A stretch of DNA of 64,000 bases from Gemmatimonadales bacterium (GTDB taxonomy: Bacteria; Gemmatimonadota; Gemmatimonadetes; Gemmatimonadales; GWC2-71-9). The DNA lies in assembly GCA_965249575.1 (NCBI GenBank), contig OZ252244.1, forward strand, positions 3,392,001 to 3,456,000, in the 5' to 3' direction. The notes beneath the pieces were generated by a model. It ran no database searches, was not told the origin of the DNA, and saw only the letters and a list, made by a program, of their open reading frames with translations. Every line of letters begins with the position of its first letter. Position 1 is the first letter of the stretch. Positions 17,739 to 28,920 of this stretch are shown here, in pieces. The translations under genes and the position numbers were made by a program.

Positions 17739-18776
17739 ATGGCAATGAGTGAACTGACTGAACGAGAGCGCAAGGTGCTGGACGCCGTCATCCAGTCGTA
17801 CGTGGAAACGGCGGAACCCGCGGGGTCGCGCACGCTTGCCCGTAAGTACCGGCTGGGCGTGTCAGCGGCGACGATCCGGAACACGATGAGCGACCTCGAG
17901 GCGCGGGGATACCTGTACCATCCTCATACCTCGGCGGGACGGATTCCCACCGATCTTGCGTACCGCGTCTACGTTGACAGCCTCATGTGGCCGACTCGGC
18001 CGACCGTGAGCGAGCACGACACACTGCGCCGGGAGCTCGTCAGCGAGCAGTCGGCCATCGAGGGCTTGCTGCGGAAGGCGGCCCAGGTGCTCGGTGTCCT
18101 CACGCAAGAGCTTGGGATCGCCGCGGCCCCGTCGGTCGACCGGGCGGTGCTGGAGCGGCTGGAGCTCGTCCAGATCTCGAGCGACCGTCTGCTCCTGGTA
18201 TTGGCGCTCTCGGGCGGGGCTGCCCGAACGATCTTCGTAGAGGTTTCCAGCGCGCTGCCGCCCGAAGCCGTCACCGGTGTCTCCGGCGTCCTGAACGAAC
18301 GCCTCCGGGGATTAACGCTTCAGGGAATCCGGACGACGCTTAGGGAACGCCTTCGGGACTCACCCGTCGGTGCAGGCGAGACCGAGCTACTGAACATCTT
18401 CATCGAGGAGGCCGAGCAGCTCTTCGAGGAGCCGGCCGAGGAGGGTTCCGGCGTGATGCTCGGCAGTGCGCAGATGCTTGCCGAGCAGCCCGAGTTCAAC
18501 TCCAATGCCCGAATGAAGGCGCTCTTGGATTTGACGCAGCGGCGGGATCTGCTACGAGAGGCGCTCCGAAGCCGGACGGGGACCGGGCTGACCGTGACGA
18601 TCGGAGGGGAAAACCTCGATCCGAGGTTGAGCGCGTTTACGATTGTGACCTCGAGCTATCAGCGTGGCAGCGTATCGGGGGTCATCGGTGTCATGGGTCC
18701 GACGCGCATGCCATACGAGAAGATTGTCTCGCTCGTCGATCACACGAGCCAGATGGTAGGAGATCTCCTGAAGTGA
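17739..18776 (+). CDS. hrcA: Heat-inducible transcription repressor HrcA
   Basis: SAATIRNTMSDLE, HPHTSAGRIPT and GVMGPTRMPY motifs. Confidence 0.96.
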   Translation: MAMSELTERERKVLDAVIQSYVETAEPAGSRTLARKYRLGVSAATIRNTMSDLEARGYLYHPHTSAGRIPTDLAYRVYVDSLMWPTRPTVSEHDTLRRELVSEQSAIEGLLRKAAQVLGVLTQELGIAAAPSVDRAVLERLELVQISSDRLLLVLALSGGAARTIFVEVSSALPPEAVTGVSGVLNERLRGLTLQGIRTTLRERLRDSPVGAGETELLNIFIEEAEQLFEEPAEEGSGVMLGSAQMLAEQPEFNSNARMKALLDLTQRRDLLREALRSRTGTGLTVTIGGENLDPRLSAFTIVTSSYQRGSVSGVIGVMGPTRMPYEKIVSLVDHTSQMVGDLLK

Positions 18777-18801
18777 TGCTCCCCCCGGCCAGCTAGCGAC
18801 C

Positions 18802-19941
18802 ATGCCGCGCGACTTTTACGAAGTGCTGGATGTGTCCCGCGATGCCTCGGATGCCGAAATCAAGAAGGCATATCGCCGCCTTGCGATGGAGCACCATCCC
18901 GACCGAAACAACGGCGATCAGCGGGCCGAGGAGCGTTTCAAGGAGCTCACCGAGGCCTACGACACGCTGCGAGATCCGGACAGACGTGCCCGCTACGATC
19001 AGTATGGGATGGCTGGATTGGCGGGCGACGGGTTCGGATTCCATCCCTTCGACATCTCTGAAGCGCTGAGTGTCTTCATGCGGGACTTCGGGGGACTCGG
19101 CGGGTTCGACTCGTTTTTTGGGGGGGGAGCGCGAGGCCGGCGAGATGCGCGGCGGGGGCGGGATCTGAAGATCCAGCTGCGGCTGACGATTGCCGACGTT
19201 TCGTCCGGGACGACTCGGAAGGTCAGGCTCAATACGCTTGCGGCGTGTGAGAAGTGCGGGGGCAACGGAAGCAGCGGCAAGGCTCCCGCTACTTGTCGAA
19301 CCTGCGGCGGTGCTGGCGAAGTGAGGCGCGCGCTCCAATCGATGCTCGGCCAGATGGTATCCGTCTCGGCGTGTCCCACGTGTGGGGGGGAAGGGACGGT
19401 GGTCACGGATCCGTGCGCGAAATGTCGAGGCGAGGGACGGGTGCGAGCTGACAAAACACTCGAGATCGAGGTCCCGCCCGGCGTTTCGAGCAACAACTAT
19501 CTCACCCTCCGCGGACAGGGTGCCGCGGGCCCGCGGGGTGGGCCGCCCGGAGATGTGATTGTTTCTCTCGAGGTGGAGGAGGACGAGCGTTTCGAACGCC
19601 ACGAGGACGATCTCGTGTACAATCTGCCCCTGTCGTTCAGCCAAGCAGCGCTTGGCGGGCAGTTCTCCGTGCCTCATCCCGATGGGGCGGTCGCGGTGAA
19701 CGTGCCGCCGGGCATGCAGCCGGGGGCGGTCATTTCGATCCGGGGCAACGGGTTGCCCTCGGTGAGCCACGGTCATCGTGGGGATCTCCATGTTCGCGCC
19801 CAGGTGTGGACGCCTCCCACTCTCACCGGCGAGATGGAGGAGGTCTTTCGGCGCCTCGCCGAGGTCGAGGGCGATCCTCCAAGCGCGGACAGCCTCGGGC
19901 GGAGGATCTGGAATCGAATGAAAGAGAGCTTCTCTCCCTGA
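18802..19941 (+). CDS. dnaJ: Molecular chaperone DnaJ
   Basis: J domain with HPD, G/F region and four CxxCxGxG repeats. Confidence 0.97.
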   Translation: MPRDFYEVLDVSRDASDAEIKKAYRRLAMEHHPDRNNGDQRAEERFKELTEAYDTLRDPDRRARYDQYGMAGLAGDGFGFHPFDISEALSVFMRDFGGLGGFDSFFGGGARGRRDARRGRDLKIQLRLTIADVSSGTTRKVRLNTLAACEKCGGNGSSGKAPATCRTCGGAGEVRRALQSMLGQMVSVSACPTCGGEGTVVTDPCAKCRGEGRVRADKTLEIEVPPGVSSNNYLTLRGQGAAGPRGGPPGDVIVSLEVEEDERFERHEDDLVYNLPLSFSQAALGGQFSVPHPDGAVAVNVPPGMQPGAVISIRGNGLPSVSHGHRGDLHVRAQVWTPPTLTGEMEEVFRRLAEVEGDPPSADSLGRRIWNRMKESFSP

Positions 19942-19975
19942 GGGTTGCCAGCACCTGCGTGTGGGGACGTAACTG

Positions 19976-20003
19976 TTGACGGTGAGACGTCTTGCAGTAT
20001 GTT
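19976..20003 (+). promoter_or_regulatory. sigma70-type promoter upstream of rpsU
   Basis: TTGACG-N16-TATGTT, with an AAGGAG RBS downstream. Confidence 0.5.
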
Positions 20004-20053
20004 AAAAGACTGTATCATGAACCACCCGCCGCTACGGAAGGAGTGATTCGTCG

Positions 20054-20239
20054 ATGCCGGAAGTGATCATCCACGAGGATGAGAGCTTCGAACGGGCGCT
20101 CAAGCGCTTCAAGAAAAAGTGCGAGAAAGCCGGCATTCTTTCCGACCTCAGGAAGCATCGCCACTACGAAAAGCCGAGTGAGCGCCGAAAGCGCAAGATC
20201 AACGCTGCGCGCCGAAAGAACCGGCGGGAGCGCGTCTAG
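20054..20239 (+). CDS. rpsU: 30S ribosomal protein S21
   Basis: [12 protein letters not shown]...[12 protein letters not shown]. Confidence 0.97.
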   Translation: MPEVIIHEDESFERALKRFKKKCEKAGILSDLRKHRHYEKPSERRKRKINAARRKNRRERV

Positions 20240-20440
20240 ACGTGAGATCCTGGGTAGTTATCGCCGTTCGTAGTCTCCGCGCCTTTTGGAATCCCACGGC
20301 CGGTCACCTTCCCGAACAGCTGAACCAATCCATCCGACTCCGACGCCGATCGGGGGGAGATTCGTGCGCTGCAGGCAGCTGATGGGGGACGCGCGGGGCA
20401 CGAGGCGGAGCCATTTCGACGATCGGGCAGCGGGGTGTAG

Positions 20441-22759
20441 GTGAAGAGAATCACCGGCACCCCGTCCTCTTTCTCTTCCGTTGCGCAGCCCGAAACCCTG
20501 GAGCAGCTTGAGTTCGCACGGGCGCTGGAGGTCGTAGCGCGCCATGCCAGGAGCCCGCTCGGAGCCGATCGCGTTCGCGCGCGGCGCCCCGTTGCCGGCC
20601 AGGGTTGGGTTGAAGAAGAGCTTGCCACCGTGGGAGAACTCGCCGGCCTGCTGGCGGCGGGTGACCCCTTTGCGTCGGCCGACATCCCGGATATCGACGA
20701 AGCGCTCGACCAACTCCAGGTGGAAGGAGCTGTGCTGGGCTCGGACGCACTCTATCGGGTAGGTACGGCGCTCGAGGTGATGCAAACAGTTGGTGGCGAG
20801 CTTCGCCGGCTGCTCCCCGAAGCGCGGCGCGTCGCGGCGCTGTCCGTCGAGCTGCCCGCGGCGAGCCTCGGCGTGGCGATACTGAGAGCGATCAGCCCAG
20901 ACGGCGCGGTGCGCGACGAGGCGTCTCCGGCGCTCGCGCGCGCAAGGCGCCACGTTCGGGAAGCCCGCGCCCTCCTCGTTTCCGCCCTCGAGCGCGTTCT
21001 CCAGTCTGCCCCCCGTGAGGCCGTTCCCCCCCAGGCAACGGTCACTGTGCGTAGCGGGCGCTATGTGATTCCCGTTCGCCGGGATGCACGCGCCCGGTTT
21101 CCAGGCATCGTCCACGCGGAGTCGGGGACCGGATCTTCACTGTTCGTCGAGCCGGCGGCCGCGGTCGAACTGGGCAACGGCCTCGCCGAGCGCGAGGCCG
21201 AGGAGGCTCGTGCCGTGCTCGCGGTGCTCCGCGCGCTCACGGAATCGCTGCGACCGGTGCGAGAGGCGTTGGCCGCGGGGTGGACGATGTGTATCCGCGT
21301 TGATGATCTCTACGCGAGGGCCCGGTATATGGTGGAGCAGCGCGCAACGGTTCCCCGTGTGGTACCGGCGCCCGGTGCACTCGCGATTCACGACGGCCGG
21401 CATCCGCTCCTACTCGTCGAGTCGTCACACGTCGTCCCCTTCGATCTCTCGCTGGACCGCAGTGAAGTCACGGTGGTCATCAGCGGCCCGAATACCGGTG
21501 GGAAGACGGTCCTTCTCAAGGCCATCGGCCTCGTCTCGGCGCTCGTGCAGTCGGGCATTGTGCCGCCGGTGGGTGAGGGCACGGTGATGCCCATCTTCGC
21601 CCGGATCTTCTCGGACATCGGCGATCATCAGTCGATTGCGGAGAGTCTGTCGACGTTCAGCGCCCGTCTGGGCGCGCTCAAGGGCATCTTGACCGACGCG
21701 GACGACCGCACGCTGATCCTGATCGACGAGCTCGGCAGCGGAACCGACCCGAACGAGGGGGCGGCCCTTGCCGGGGCGGTGCTCCATTCCCTCGCTCAGC
21801 GGCGCGCCACGACGATTGCGACGACCCATCTCGGCCAGCTCAAGGTGATCGCGGCCGACGCGCCGGGTTTCGTGAATGCGTCCCTCCGCTTCAACGAAGC
21901 GCAAATGACGCCAACCTATGAACTGTTGAAAGGCGTCCCGGGTCGGTCGTACGGGATACAAATCGCGCGGCGGCTCGGAGTCCCCGCTGAGGTCATTGAG
22001 CGGGCGGAGGCGGGAATGCCCGATCGCGACCGGTCCGTTGACGCGCTGCTCACCGACCTGGAACAGCGCGCGGCCAACGTTCGCCGGAGACAAGCCGATC
22101 TCGATTTCGCGGAGGCACAGGCGCGGGCCGATCAGGAATTGCTCGACACGCGGGAGGGTGAGCTTGCGGACCGGGATGGGGAGCTTCGTGCTCGGGAGCG
22201 GGAACTCGAGCGTGGGGCCCGCGAGGACGCGCGCCGCTTCCTCCTCGCCGCGCGCAAGCGAGTCGAGGAGGCGCTTGGACTGGCGCGGGCCGCGGTGGAC
22301 GAGGCGACCGCGAAAGAAGCGCGGCGGCTGGTCGAGGAGGGTGTGCGTGAAGAATCCGCCGCCGTTCAGAAACTGAAACGGGAGGGTGGTGCGAAGGGAT
22401 GGCGAATAAAGGGCACCGGTCGCGAGGTTGGCGTCCCGGAGAGCCCCGCTGCCGCGGAAGGCGAGCCCGGGGGACGCGGCCGGTGGGAGGCCAAGCCTGT
22501 ATACTCCGTCGACGCGGCGTCCGAGATTGATGTGCGGGGGATGAGCGGGGAAGAGACAGAGGGTGCGGTGCTGGCCGCGCTCGATGACGCCGTGGTCGCG
22601 GACCTGCCGTCACTTCGGGTCATTCACGGGAAGGGTACTGGCGCCCTCCGGGAACGGGTGGGCAAGCTGCTCAAGGGCGATCGCCGCGTTCGTTCAGCTC
22701 AGCTCGCACCGGTCAATCAGGGAGGGTCGGGGGTGACCATCGCGGTGTTGAGGCCGTAA
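20441..22759 (+). CDS. mutS2: Endonuclease MutS2
   Basis: LEF N-terminus, SGPNTGGKT, DIGDHQSI, DELGSGTDP and a C-terminal Smr domain (IHGKGTGAL). Start uncertain. Confidence 0.95.
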   Translation: MKRITGTPSSFSSVAQPETLEQLEFARALEVVARHARSPLGADRVRARRPVAGQGWVEEELATVGELAGLLAAGDPFASADIPDIDEALDQLQVEGAVLGSDALYRVGTALEVMQTVGGELRRLLPEARRVAALSVELPAASLGVAILRAISPDGAVRDEASPALARARRHVREARALLVSALERVLQSAPREAVPPQATVTVRSGRYVIPVRRDARARFPGIVHAESGTGSSLFVEPAAAVELGNGLAEREAEEARAVLAVLRALTESLRPVREALAAGWTMCIRVDDLYARARYMVEQRATVPRVVPAPGALAIHDGRHPLLLVESSHVVPFDLSLDRSEVTVVISGPNTGGKTVLLKAIGLVSALVQSGIVPPVGEGTVMPIFARIFSDIGDHQSIAESLSTFSARLGALKGILTDADDRTLILIDELGSGTDPNEGAALAGAVLHSLAQRRATTIATTHLGQLKVIAADAPGFVNASLRFNEAQMTPTYELLKGVPGRSYGIQIARRLGVPAEVIERAEAGMPDRDRSVDALLTDLEQRAANVRRRQADLDFAEAQARADQELLDTREGELADRDGELRARERELERGAREDARRFLLAARKRVEEALGLARAAVDEATAKEARRLVEEGVREESAAVQKLKREGGAKGWRIKGTGREVGVPESPAAAEGEPGGRGRWEAKPVYSVDAASEIDVRGMSGEETEGAVLAALDDAVVADLPSLRVIHGKGTGALRERVGKLLKGDRRVRSAQLAPVNQGGSGVTIAVLRP

Positions 22760-22761
22760 CG

Positions 22762-24546
22762 ATGATTCCCGACGAAATCATCGAGCAAGTGCGCGATGCC
22801 GCCGATATCGTGCAGGTGATCGGGGAGCACGTGGAGCTAAGGCGGACCGGGTCGGACTACCGAGGACCCTGTCCTTTCCACGGGGGGACGCACCGGAACC
22901 TCGCAGTCATCCCCAAAAAGCAAATGTTCTACTGCTTTGTATGCCACGAGGCCGGTGACGTCTTCACGTTCCACATGAAGACGTCGGGCATGGACTATCC
23001 GACGGCCGTGCGGGAGGTGGCTCGGAAGTCCGGAATCGTCATCCCCGAGCGGTCGACTGGCGGTCCAGACCCACGAGAACCCTTTTACTCGGCGGTTGGC
23101 GTGGCGGCAGAGTGGTACGCGCGCCAATTGCGTGAGTCGAAAGAGGCGCGTCCGGCCCGGGAGCACCTCGAGAGTCGAGGATTCGACCTAGAGGCGCTGC
23201 ATCCGTTGGGCTTGGGGTACGCGCCCAAGGGCAGCGCGTTTCGAGACGCGATGTTGCGGCTGGGGTTTCAGGACGAGGTGCTTCTCGAGGCCGGCCTCCT
23301 AGTCAAGCGGGACGACGGCTCACTGCGGCCACGGTTTTGGGATCGCCTGCTTTTCTCGATCAGTGATCTGCGCGGGCGCGCGGTCGGATTCGGCGGTCGG
23401 ATCCTTGGAGCCGGAGAGCCCAAGTACCTGAACTCGCCGGAAACGCCGATTTTTCACAAGGGAAGACTGCTCTACAATCTGCACAACGCGAAGCACGCGA
23501 TTCGCAAAGCGGAACAGGCGATCATCGTCGAGGGGTATTTCGACGTTTTACGGCTGATCGAGGTCGGAGTAGAACACGTTGTTGCCCCTCTCGGGACCGC
23601 GCTCACTCCCGATCAAGCGCAACTCGTCAAACGCTTTACAACGAACGCGACCCTGCTGTACGACAATGACACGGCTGGTCTCCGGGCGACCTTTCGCGCG
23701 GGCGATGAGCTGCTTCGGGCGTCGCTCCGGGTGTTGGTGGCCACACTCCCGCCTGGAGAGGACCCGGATACGCTCTGCCGCACGGGCGGCGCGCAGGCGG
23801 CGCGAACGGTGCTGGACGACGCAATGGATCTGCTCGAACGGAAGCTCCAGCTGCTGGAGCGCAAAGGATGGCTTGCGTCGCTGGCCGGTCGGCGTCGAGC
23901 GCTCGATCGATTGCTGCCGACGCTCAGGGCCGCGCGCGATCCGGTGACACGAGATCTGTATGTCTCGCGCGTGGCCGAGCGACTCGGTGTGTCCCCAGCG
24001 TCCGTGAGCAAAGAAATGCAAGAGGCCTTTGGCGGCGGTGCGCAACGGACGCGGCAGGTTTCCGCTGAGGAGGCATCCGGTCCATCTCCTCGAGTCGGTC
24101 GGGGCGGGCCGGAGCGCGACCTGCTGCGAGTCATGTTGAACGCGCCCGAGTGGCGTTCACGAATCGCCGAGCAGATCGGCGATCCTTCCTGGCTTGACGA
24201 ACCAGAGCGCAGTCTCGTCACGGAGCTCGCGGCCGCCCCGCCGGAGCTCGCCGGCCCCGATCTGCTGGGGCACGTGCAGGGAGAGGCCCGTACCCTCGTG
24301 ACCGAATTGCTGACGCAGGGATGGGGGGAATTCGACGTCGACGCGCTGGTGACCGGCGCGATCAACAAGCTCGACAGCCGCCCGCTCGAGGCGGAGCTGC
24401 GCGATCTCGACCGGCGCCTGCCCTTCGCGTCCGCCGATGAAAAGCCAGAACTGGCGAGGCAGAAGGTTGAACTCAGGGAGCGGATTACCAAGCTGAATCC
24501 GGGCCGGTGGCCCGTCATCCAGAGAGGGAGGACCAGTGGACGCTGA
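22762..24546 (+). CDS. dnaG: DNA primase
   Basis: CPFH zinc finger, KYLNSPET, VEGYFD and YDNDTAG Toprim motifs. Confidence 0.97.
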   Translation: MIPDEIIEQVRDAADIVQVIGEHVELRRTGSDYRGPCPFHGGTHRNLAVIPKKQMFYCFVCHEAGDVFTFHMKTSGMDYPTAVREVARKSGIVIPERSTGGPDPREPFYSAVGVAAEWYARQLRESKEARPAREHLESRGFDLEALHPLGLGYAPKGSAFRDAMLRLGFQDEVLLEAGLLVKRDDGSLRPRFWDRLLFSISDLRGRAVGFGGRILGAGEPKYLNSPETPIFHKGRLLYNLHNAKHAIRKAEQAIIVEGYFDVLRLIEVGVEHVVAPLGTALTPDQAQLVKRFTTNATLLYDNDTAGLRATFRAGDELLRASLRVLVATLPPGEDPDTLCRTGGAQAARTVLDDAMDLLERKLQLLERKGWLASLAGRRRALDRLLPTLRAARDPVTRDLYVSRVAERLGVSPASVSKEMQEAFGGGAQRTRQVSAEEASGPSPRVGRGGPERDLLRVMLNAPEWRSRIAEQIGDPSWLDEPERSLVTELAAAPPELAGPDLLGHVQGEARTLVTELLTQGWGEFDVDALVTGAINKLDSRPLEAELRDLDRRLPFASADEKPELARQKVELRERITKLNPGRWPVIQRGRTSGR

Positions 24547-25243
24547 TCTAAACGCGTTGTTGGAGTTGCAAGAGAGAGATGATCTCGTCACATCCATCGA
24601 GACGGAACTCGAGGCACTCGACCCGGAGGTTCAAGCCCTCGATGCGGAGTTGGCCAATGTGGAGAGCGAGCTAGTCGCCGCCCAGCGGTACAAAGAGGAT
24701 GCCGGCGCCCGCCGCAACGAGCTCGAGGGAAAGATTGAAACGTACCGCCTGATGCAGGAGCGCCGGCGCCAACAGCTCGAGTGGGTGAGCGGTGCAAAGG
24801 AGGCCGCCACGTTGATGGCGGAGCTCGATATGGCGCGGAGCGTTCTCGCGAAGGAGGAGGCGGAGTGGATTCGATCCGCAGACAAACTGCAGGAGGCTGA
24901 GCGGCGCGCGTCTGAGATCGAGGAGGCCGTCGAGGGTACTCGAAGCACGCAAGTCGAGCGGCGAGACGAGATCGCGACGCAGCAAGCGGATTGCCGGGAG
25001 CGGCTCGCCGCCGCCCAATCCGAACGGAACGCGTCCGCGAAAAACGTCAACCGGTCCCTGCTGTCCAAGTACGAACGCATCCGGCGGGGGCGGTCGCCCC
25101 GGGCGGCGTACCCGCTTCACGGTAACTCCTGCGGTCACTGCTTCACAGTGGTGCCGATGCATCGGCGGCAGCAGATACAATCCGGCGACCCGGTGACCAA
25201 TTGTGAGGCCTGTGGGGTGCTCGTGTTCGTTGCCGACGCATGA
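24536..25243 (+). CDS. Coiled-coil protein with C-terminal C4 zinc ribbon (DUF164/HP0958-like)
   Basis: LLELQERD start, long coiled coil, YERIRR and CGHC...CEAC. Confidence 0.85.
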   Translation: MDADLNALLELQERDDLVTSIETELEALDPEVQALDAELANVESELVAAQRYKEDAGARRNELEGKIETYRLMQERRRQQLEWVSGAKEAATLMAELDMARSVLAKEEAEWIRSADKLQEAERRASEIEEAVEGTRSTQVERRDEIATQQADCRERLAAAQSERNASAKNVNRSLLSKYERIRRGRSPRAAYPLHGNSCGHCFTVVPMHRRQQIQSGDPVTNCEACGVLVFVADA

Positions 25244-26946
25244 TTCAACCGGTGTTTCGCTGGAAAGTGCGCGGCGCCCCTGACCTCGATCAGGTGCGGG
25301 CCTTCGCGCGCGCGCTCAAAGTGCCGGAATCCCTCGCCGTCCTATTGCTGCAGCGGGGAATAGCGTCCACCGCTCAGGCCAAAGATTTCCTGAAGCCGTC
25401 GCTCGAGTCCTTCAGCGACCCGTTCTCGCTCCGAGACATGGACGTTGCCACGGCGCTGATCGGCGGGGCCGTGCGCGCTGGCGAGACCATCCTGGTTCAC
25501 GGCGATTACGACGTAGACGGGCAATGCGCTGCCGCGCTGCTCACGCGCGTGCTCCGCGCGGCCGGGGCAAATGTCGTGCCGTTCGTTCCGCATCGGCTCC
25601 GCGACGGATACGATTTCGGGCCGGCTGGCGTTGCGGCGGCGCGTGCCGCCAAGGCGAGTCTCGTGGTGACCTGCGACTGCGGCGTCACCGCGCTCGATAC
25701 GGTCTCTCAAGCCAAGGCGGCCGGTCTCAAGGTAGTTGTGACCGACCACCATTTGCCGGGGGCGTTACCACCCGCGGACGCGGTGATCGATCCCGCCCGG
25801 CCAGACTGTCCTTCACCGTCGAAAGAGCTTTGCGGTACGGGCGTGGCGTTCAAGCTGGCTCAGGCGCTCGTAAACGAGTTGAAACTGCCGGCCAACCTCC
25901 CACTCCATTTCCTGGATCTCGTTGCGCTCGCCACCGTAGCCGATATCGTGCCGCTCGTGGGAGAAAACCGGCTTCTCGTGCGGCATGGTCTGCGGATGCT
26001 CGCGGATTCCCGATGGGCTGGCGCCCGGGCGCTGATCCGCCGGACGGGTCTCGAGGGCAAGCCACTGCGCGCGGGACAGGTCAGCTTCGTGCTCGCCCCG
26101 CGCCTCAATGCCGCCGGCAGAGTCGCGGATGCCATGTCGGGTGTCCGCCTGCTCCTGAGCGATGGGGATGCGGAGGCGGACGAGTTGGCTCGGGAGCTGG
26201 ATGCGTTAAACAGCCAGCGGCAGTCCTTGGATCAGGCGATTCTCGAGGAGGCGGAGGCCGAGATCGAGGCCACTGTCGATCTCGGACAGGATTACGGTCT
26301 GGTGCTCGCCAAAGAGGGGTGGCATCCTGGAGTCATTGGGATCGTGGCATCCCGCATCGTCGAGCGGTACGCGCGTCCCACCATACTGATCGGGCTGGAT
26401 GGTGACGAGGGAAAGGGGTCAGGGCGCAGCATTCCCGGCTTCGATCTCCACCAGGCGCTGAGTCGATGCGCGACCCACCTCAGTCGTTGGGGTGGCCATC
26501 GGATGGCGGCGGGGCTGACGGTTCGGCGGGAACAACTCGAGACGTTCCGTCGGGCCTTCAATCGGGCGGCGCACATGGAGCTTACGGCCGACGATCTGAT
26601 CCCGACCCAGAAGGTGGACGCCGTGGTGGCTTTGCAGGACATGGGCGCCGAGCTCGAACGCCTGCTGCGTTTCCTCGAGCCCTGTGGCCCCGGGAACCCT
26701 ACACCCGTATTCGGGGTCGAGCGGGCCTACGCCCGGAACGCGCGCGCCGTAGGACACAACCACCTTCGGTTCACATTGGAAGATGAGCATGCGAGATTGT
26801 CGGCCATCGGATTCGATTGGGCGGATCGCGTCGGGGACGGGTGGTGGAAGGAACCGATCGACGTGGCGTTTCGACTTGAGCGCAACGTGTGGCGAGGCCA
26901 GGACGAGTTGCAGGCGCGGGTCGTCCAGATCAAGGCGGCAGGCTGA
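25240..26946 (+). CDS. recJ: ssDNA exonuclease RecJ
   Basis: HGDYDVDG, TCDCG, TDHH, APRLNAAGR, GSGRS and GGH motifs. Confidence 0.97.
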   Translation: MIQPVFRWKVRGAPDLDQVRAFARALKVPESLAVLLLQRGIASTAQAKDFLKPSLESFSDPFSLRDMDVATALIGGAVRAGETILVHGDYDVDGQCAAALLTRVLRAAGANVVPFVPHRLRDGYDFGPAGVAAARAAKASLVVTCDCGVTALDTVSQAKAAGLKVVVTDHHLPGALPPADAVIDPARPDCPSPSKELCGTGVAFKLAQALVNELKLPANLPLHFLDLVALATVADIVPLVGENRLLVRHGLRMLADSRWAGARALIRRTGLEGKPLRAGQVSFVLAPRLNAAGRVADAMSGVRLLLSDGDAEADELARELDALNSQRQSLDQAILEEAEAEIEATVDLGQDYGLVLAKEGWHPGVIGIVASRIVERYARPTILIGLDGDEGKGSGRSIPGFDLHQALSRCATHLSRWGGHRMAAGLTVRREQLETFRRAFNRAAHMELTADDLIPTQKVDAVVALQDMGAELERLLRFLEPCGPGNPTPVFGVERAYARNARAVGHNHLRFTLEDEHARLSAIGFDWADRVGDGWWKEPIDVAFRLERNVWRGQDELQARVVQIKAAG

Positions 26947-27461
26947 TGCGAATCATCGCCGGAGAGTTTCGCGGCCGCGTGCTGCGCCCGCCAACCAACG
27001 GTAGGCTGCGGCCCACGGCCGATCGGGTGCGGGAAGCCTGGTTCAGCATCCTGGCGTCGGAACTCGATGGGGCGAGGGTGGTCGATTTGTTCGCCGGGTC
27101 GGGTGCCTTGGGGCTCGAAGCGCTCTCGCGCGGTGCTGACCATGTGCACTTTGTCGAGATCTCGCGTGCCTCGCTGAAGGTGCTCCGCGCCAATGTGGCC
27201 GCGCTCGACGCGGAAGATCGCGTCAGGATCCACCAGGCCGATGCGCTGCGGTTCACGGCGAATCTCGATATCGGTACGTACGATGTGGCGCTCGCCGACC
27301 CGCCGTATCGCACCGGCCAGGCGCAGAACTTGGTCGGGGTCTTCCGCAGGCGCCCCTTCGCCCGCCTTCTGGGCGTAGAGCACTCGGTACGGGTCGATCT
27401 CGCGGGGGACGACCGCCGGGAGTACGGCGATGTCGCCCTGACGTTCTTCCGGTCACGATGA
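26946..27461 (+). CDS. rsmD: 16S rRNA m2G966 methyltransferase
   Basis: [37 protein letters not shown] and DPPY motifs. Confidence 0.95.
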   Translation: MRIIAGEFRGRVLRPPTNGRLRPTADRVREAWFSILASELDGARVVDLFAGSGALGLEALSRGADHVHFVEISRASLKVLRANVAALDAEDRVRIHQADALRFTANLDIGTYDVALADPPYRTGQAQNLVGVFRRRPFARLLGVEHSVRVDLAGDDRREYGDVALTFFRSR

Positions 27462-27940
27462 ATCGCACGGCGATCTACCCCGGTTCCTTCGATCCGATCA
27501 CGCTCGGACATCAAGACGTGGTGGGGCGGAGCCTCCGATTCGCCGACCGCGTGTTGGTGGCGGTGGCAGTCAACGTCGACAAAACGCCGCTCTTCACCGT
27601 CGAAGAACGGATGGAGCTCCTGCGGGGCGTATTAGGAGACGACTCCCGGATAGAGGTTACCTCGTTCGACGGGCTGCTGGCCGATTTCGCCCGGCGTTCG
27701 GGGGCGAGCATCATCGTGCGGGGCCTGCGGGCTGTGAGCGACTTCGAGTACGAGTTCCAGATGGCGATCATGAATCGCCAACTGCACGCCGATCTCGAAA
27801 CGGTATTCCTGGTCCCCGCGTTACATCTGACCTTCTTGAGTTCGAGTCTCGTTCTCGAGGTCGCACGGTTGGGGGGCGACGTGAGCTCCTTTGTTCACCC
27901 GAGGGTAATCGAGGCTCTCCGAGCCAAGCTGGGGCGTTGA
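27458..27940 (+). CDS. coaD: Pantetheine-phosphate adenylyltransferase
   Basis: [12 protein letters not shown] and [12 protein letters not shown] motifs. Confidence 0.97.
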   Translation: MNRTAIYPGSFDPITLGHQDVVGRSLRFADRVLVAVAVNVDKTPLFTVEERMELLRGVLGDDSRIEVTSFDGLLADFARRSGASIIVRGLRAVSDFEYEFQMAIMNRQLHADLETVFLVPALHLTFLSSSLVLEVARLGGDVSSFVHPRVIEALRAKLGR

Positions 27941-28920
27941 GCTTCCGGGAGGAGCTGCACCGCCGAGCCCGGGCCGCTTCCGGGCGGGTGGTGTTGGCGG
28001 AAGGTTGGGATCCGCGGGTCGCGCTCGCCGCACGCCAAATAGAGGAGCGGGAGATCGCGGAAGTCGAGGCGCTGCCCGAGCGGGTCACGGGTGACAGTCG
28101 CCTCGCGGCCGTGGCGGATTTTCTAGCCGAGCGCCGCCCGGATAAGGTTCGCGATCGACAGCACGCGCTCGAACTCGCTGCCGATCCGATTCGGTTTGCT
28201 GCCGGGCTCGTCGCGCTCGGGCACGCCGAGGCAGCTGTCGCGGGAGCCACCTGCGCAACGTCCGAGGTCCTGCGCGCCGCCCTATGGCTCATCGGTCCGG
28301 GGGAGGGGATTGCCACGGTTAGCAGCGCCTTTTACATGGTGCTGGCCGCGTACCCACCGGCGAGGGGGGGCCACGGGGTGTCGGGGCAGGCTGGCTCGGT
28401 GCTGACGTTCACGGACGCCGCGGTGGTCCCGGACCCGTCAGAGGAGCAGTTGGCCGACATCGCCGCCGCCGCCGCCCAGGACCGGCCCCGAATCGTGGGA
28501 GACGAGGCCGTAGTCGCGTTCTTGTCCTACAGTACCAAGGGGAGCGCGTCAGGCCCACGAATCGAGAAGGTTCGCGGCGCGTTGGAACGGTTCCGACAGA
28601 TCGCCTCCGTCTCCGCTGATGGGGAGCTCCAAGGCGATGCGGCGCTCGTTCCCGATGTGGCGGCCCGGAAGGCTCCGGGATCGGCGGTCGCGGGGCGAGC
28701 CAACGTCTTGGTATTCCCCGACCTTGACAGCGGCAACATCGCGTACAAACTGGTACAGCGGTTGGCGGGTGCGACGGCGATCGGACCGATCCTGCAGGGT
28801 CTCGCCCGCTCCATGGCGGACCTGTCGCGGGGGGCTACGTCCGAGGACGTCGTCGATGTGGCTTCCGTCGCGCTCCTGCAGTCCGTCCCGCGCCCGCTCG
28901 ACTCGCTGGAGGTGTCATGA
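27937..28920 (+). CDS. Phosphate acetyl/butyryltransferase (Pta-like)
   Basis: [39 protein letters not shown] and DLSRG motifs. Confidence 0.9.
   Translation: MSFREELHRRARAASGRVVLAEGWDPRVALAARQIEEREIAEVEALPERVTGDSRLAAVADFLAERRPDKVRDRQHALELAADPIRFAAGLVALGHAEAAVAGATCATSEVLRAALWLIGPGEGIATVSSAFYMVLAAYPPARGGHGVSGQAGSVLTFTDAAVVPDPSEEQLADIAAAAAQDRPRIVGDEAVVAFLSYSTKGSASGPRIEKVRGALERFRQIASVSADGELQGDAALVPDVAARKAPGSAVAGRANVLVFPDLDSGNIAYKLVQRLAGATAIGPILQGLARSMADLSRGATSEDVVDVASVALLQSVPRPLDSLEVS

Noticed and set aside
17700..18802. CIRCE element near hrcA or dnaJ
   Set aside because: No TTAGCACTC-N9-GAGTGCTAA-like inverted repeat seen upstream of either gene.
20240..20440. Possible YqeY remnant or ncRNA after rpsU
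   Set aside because: Only short matches (LPEQL, EIRAL) in different frames, and no recognisable RNA motif.
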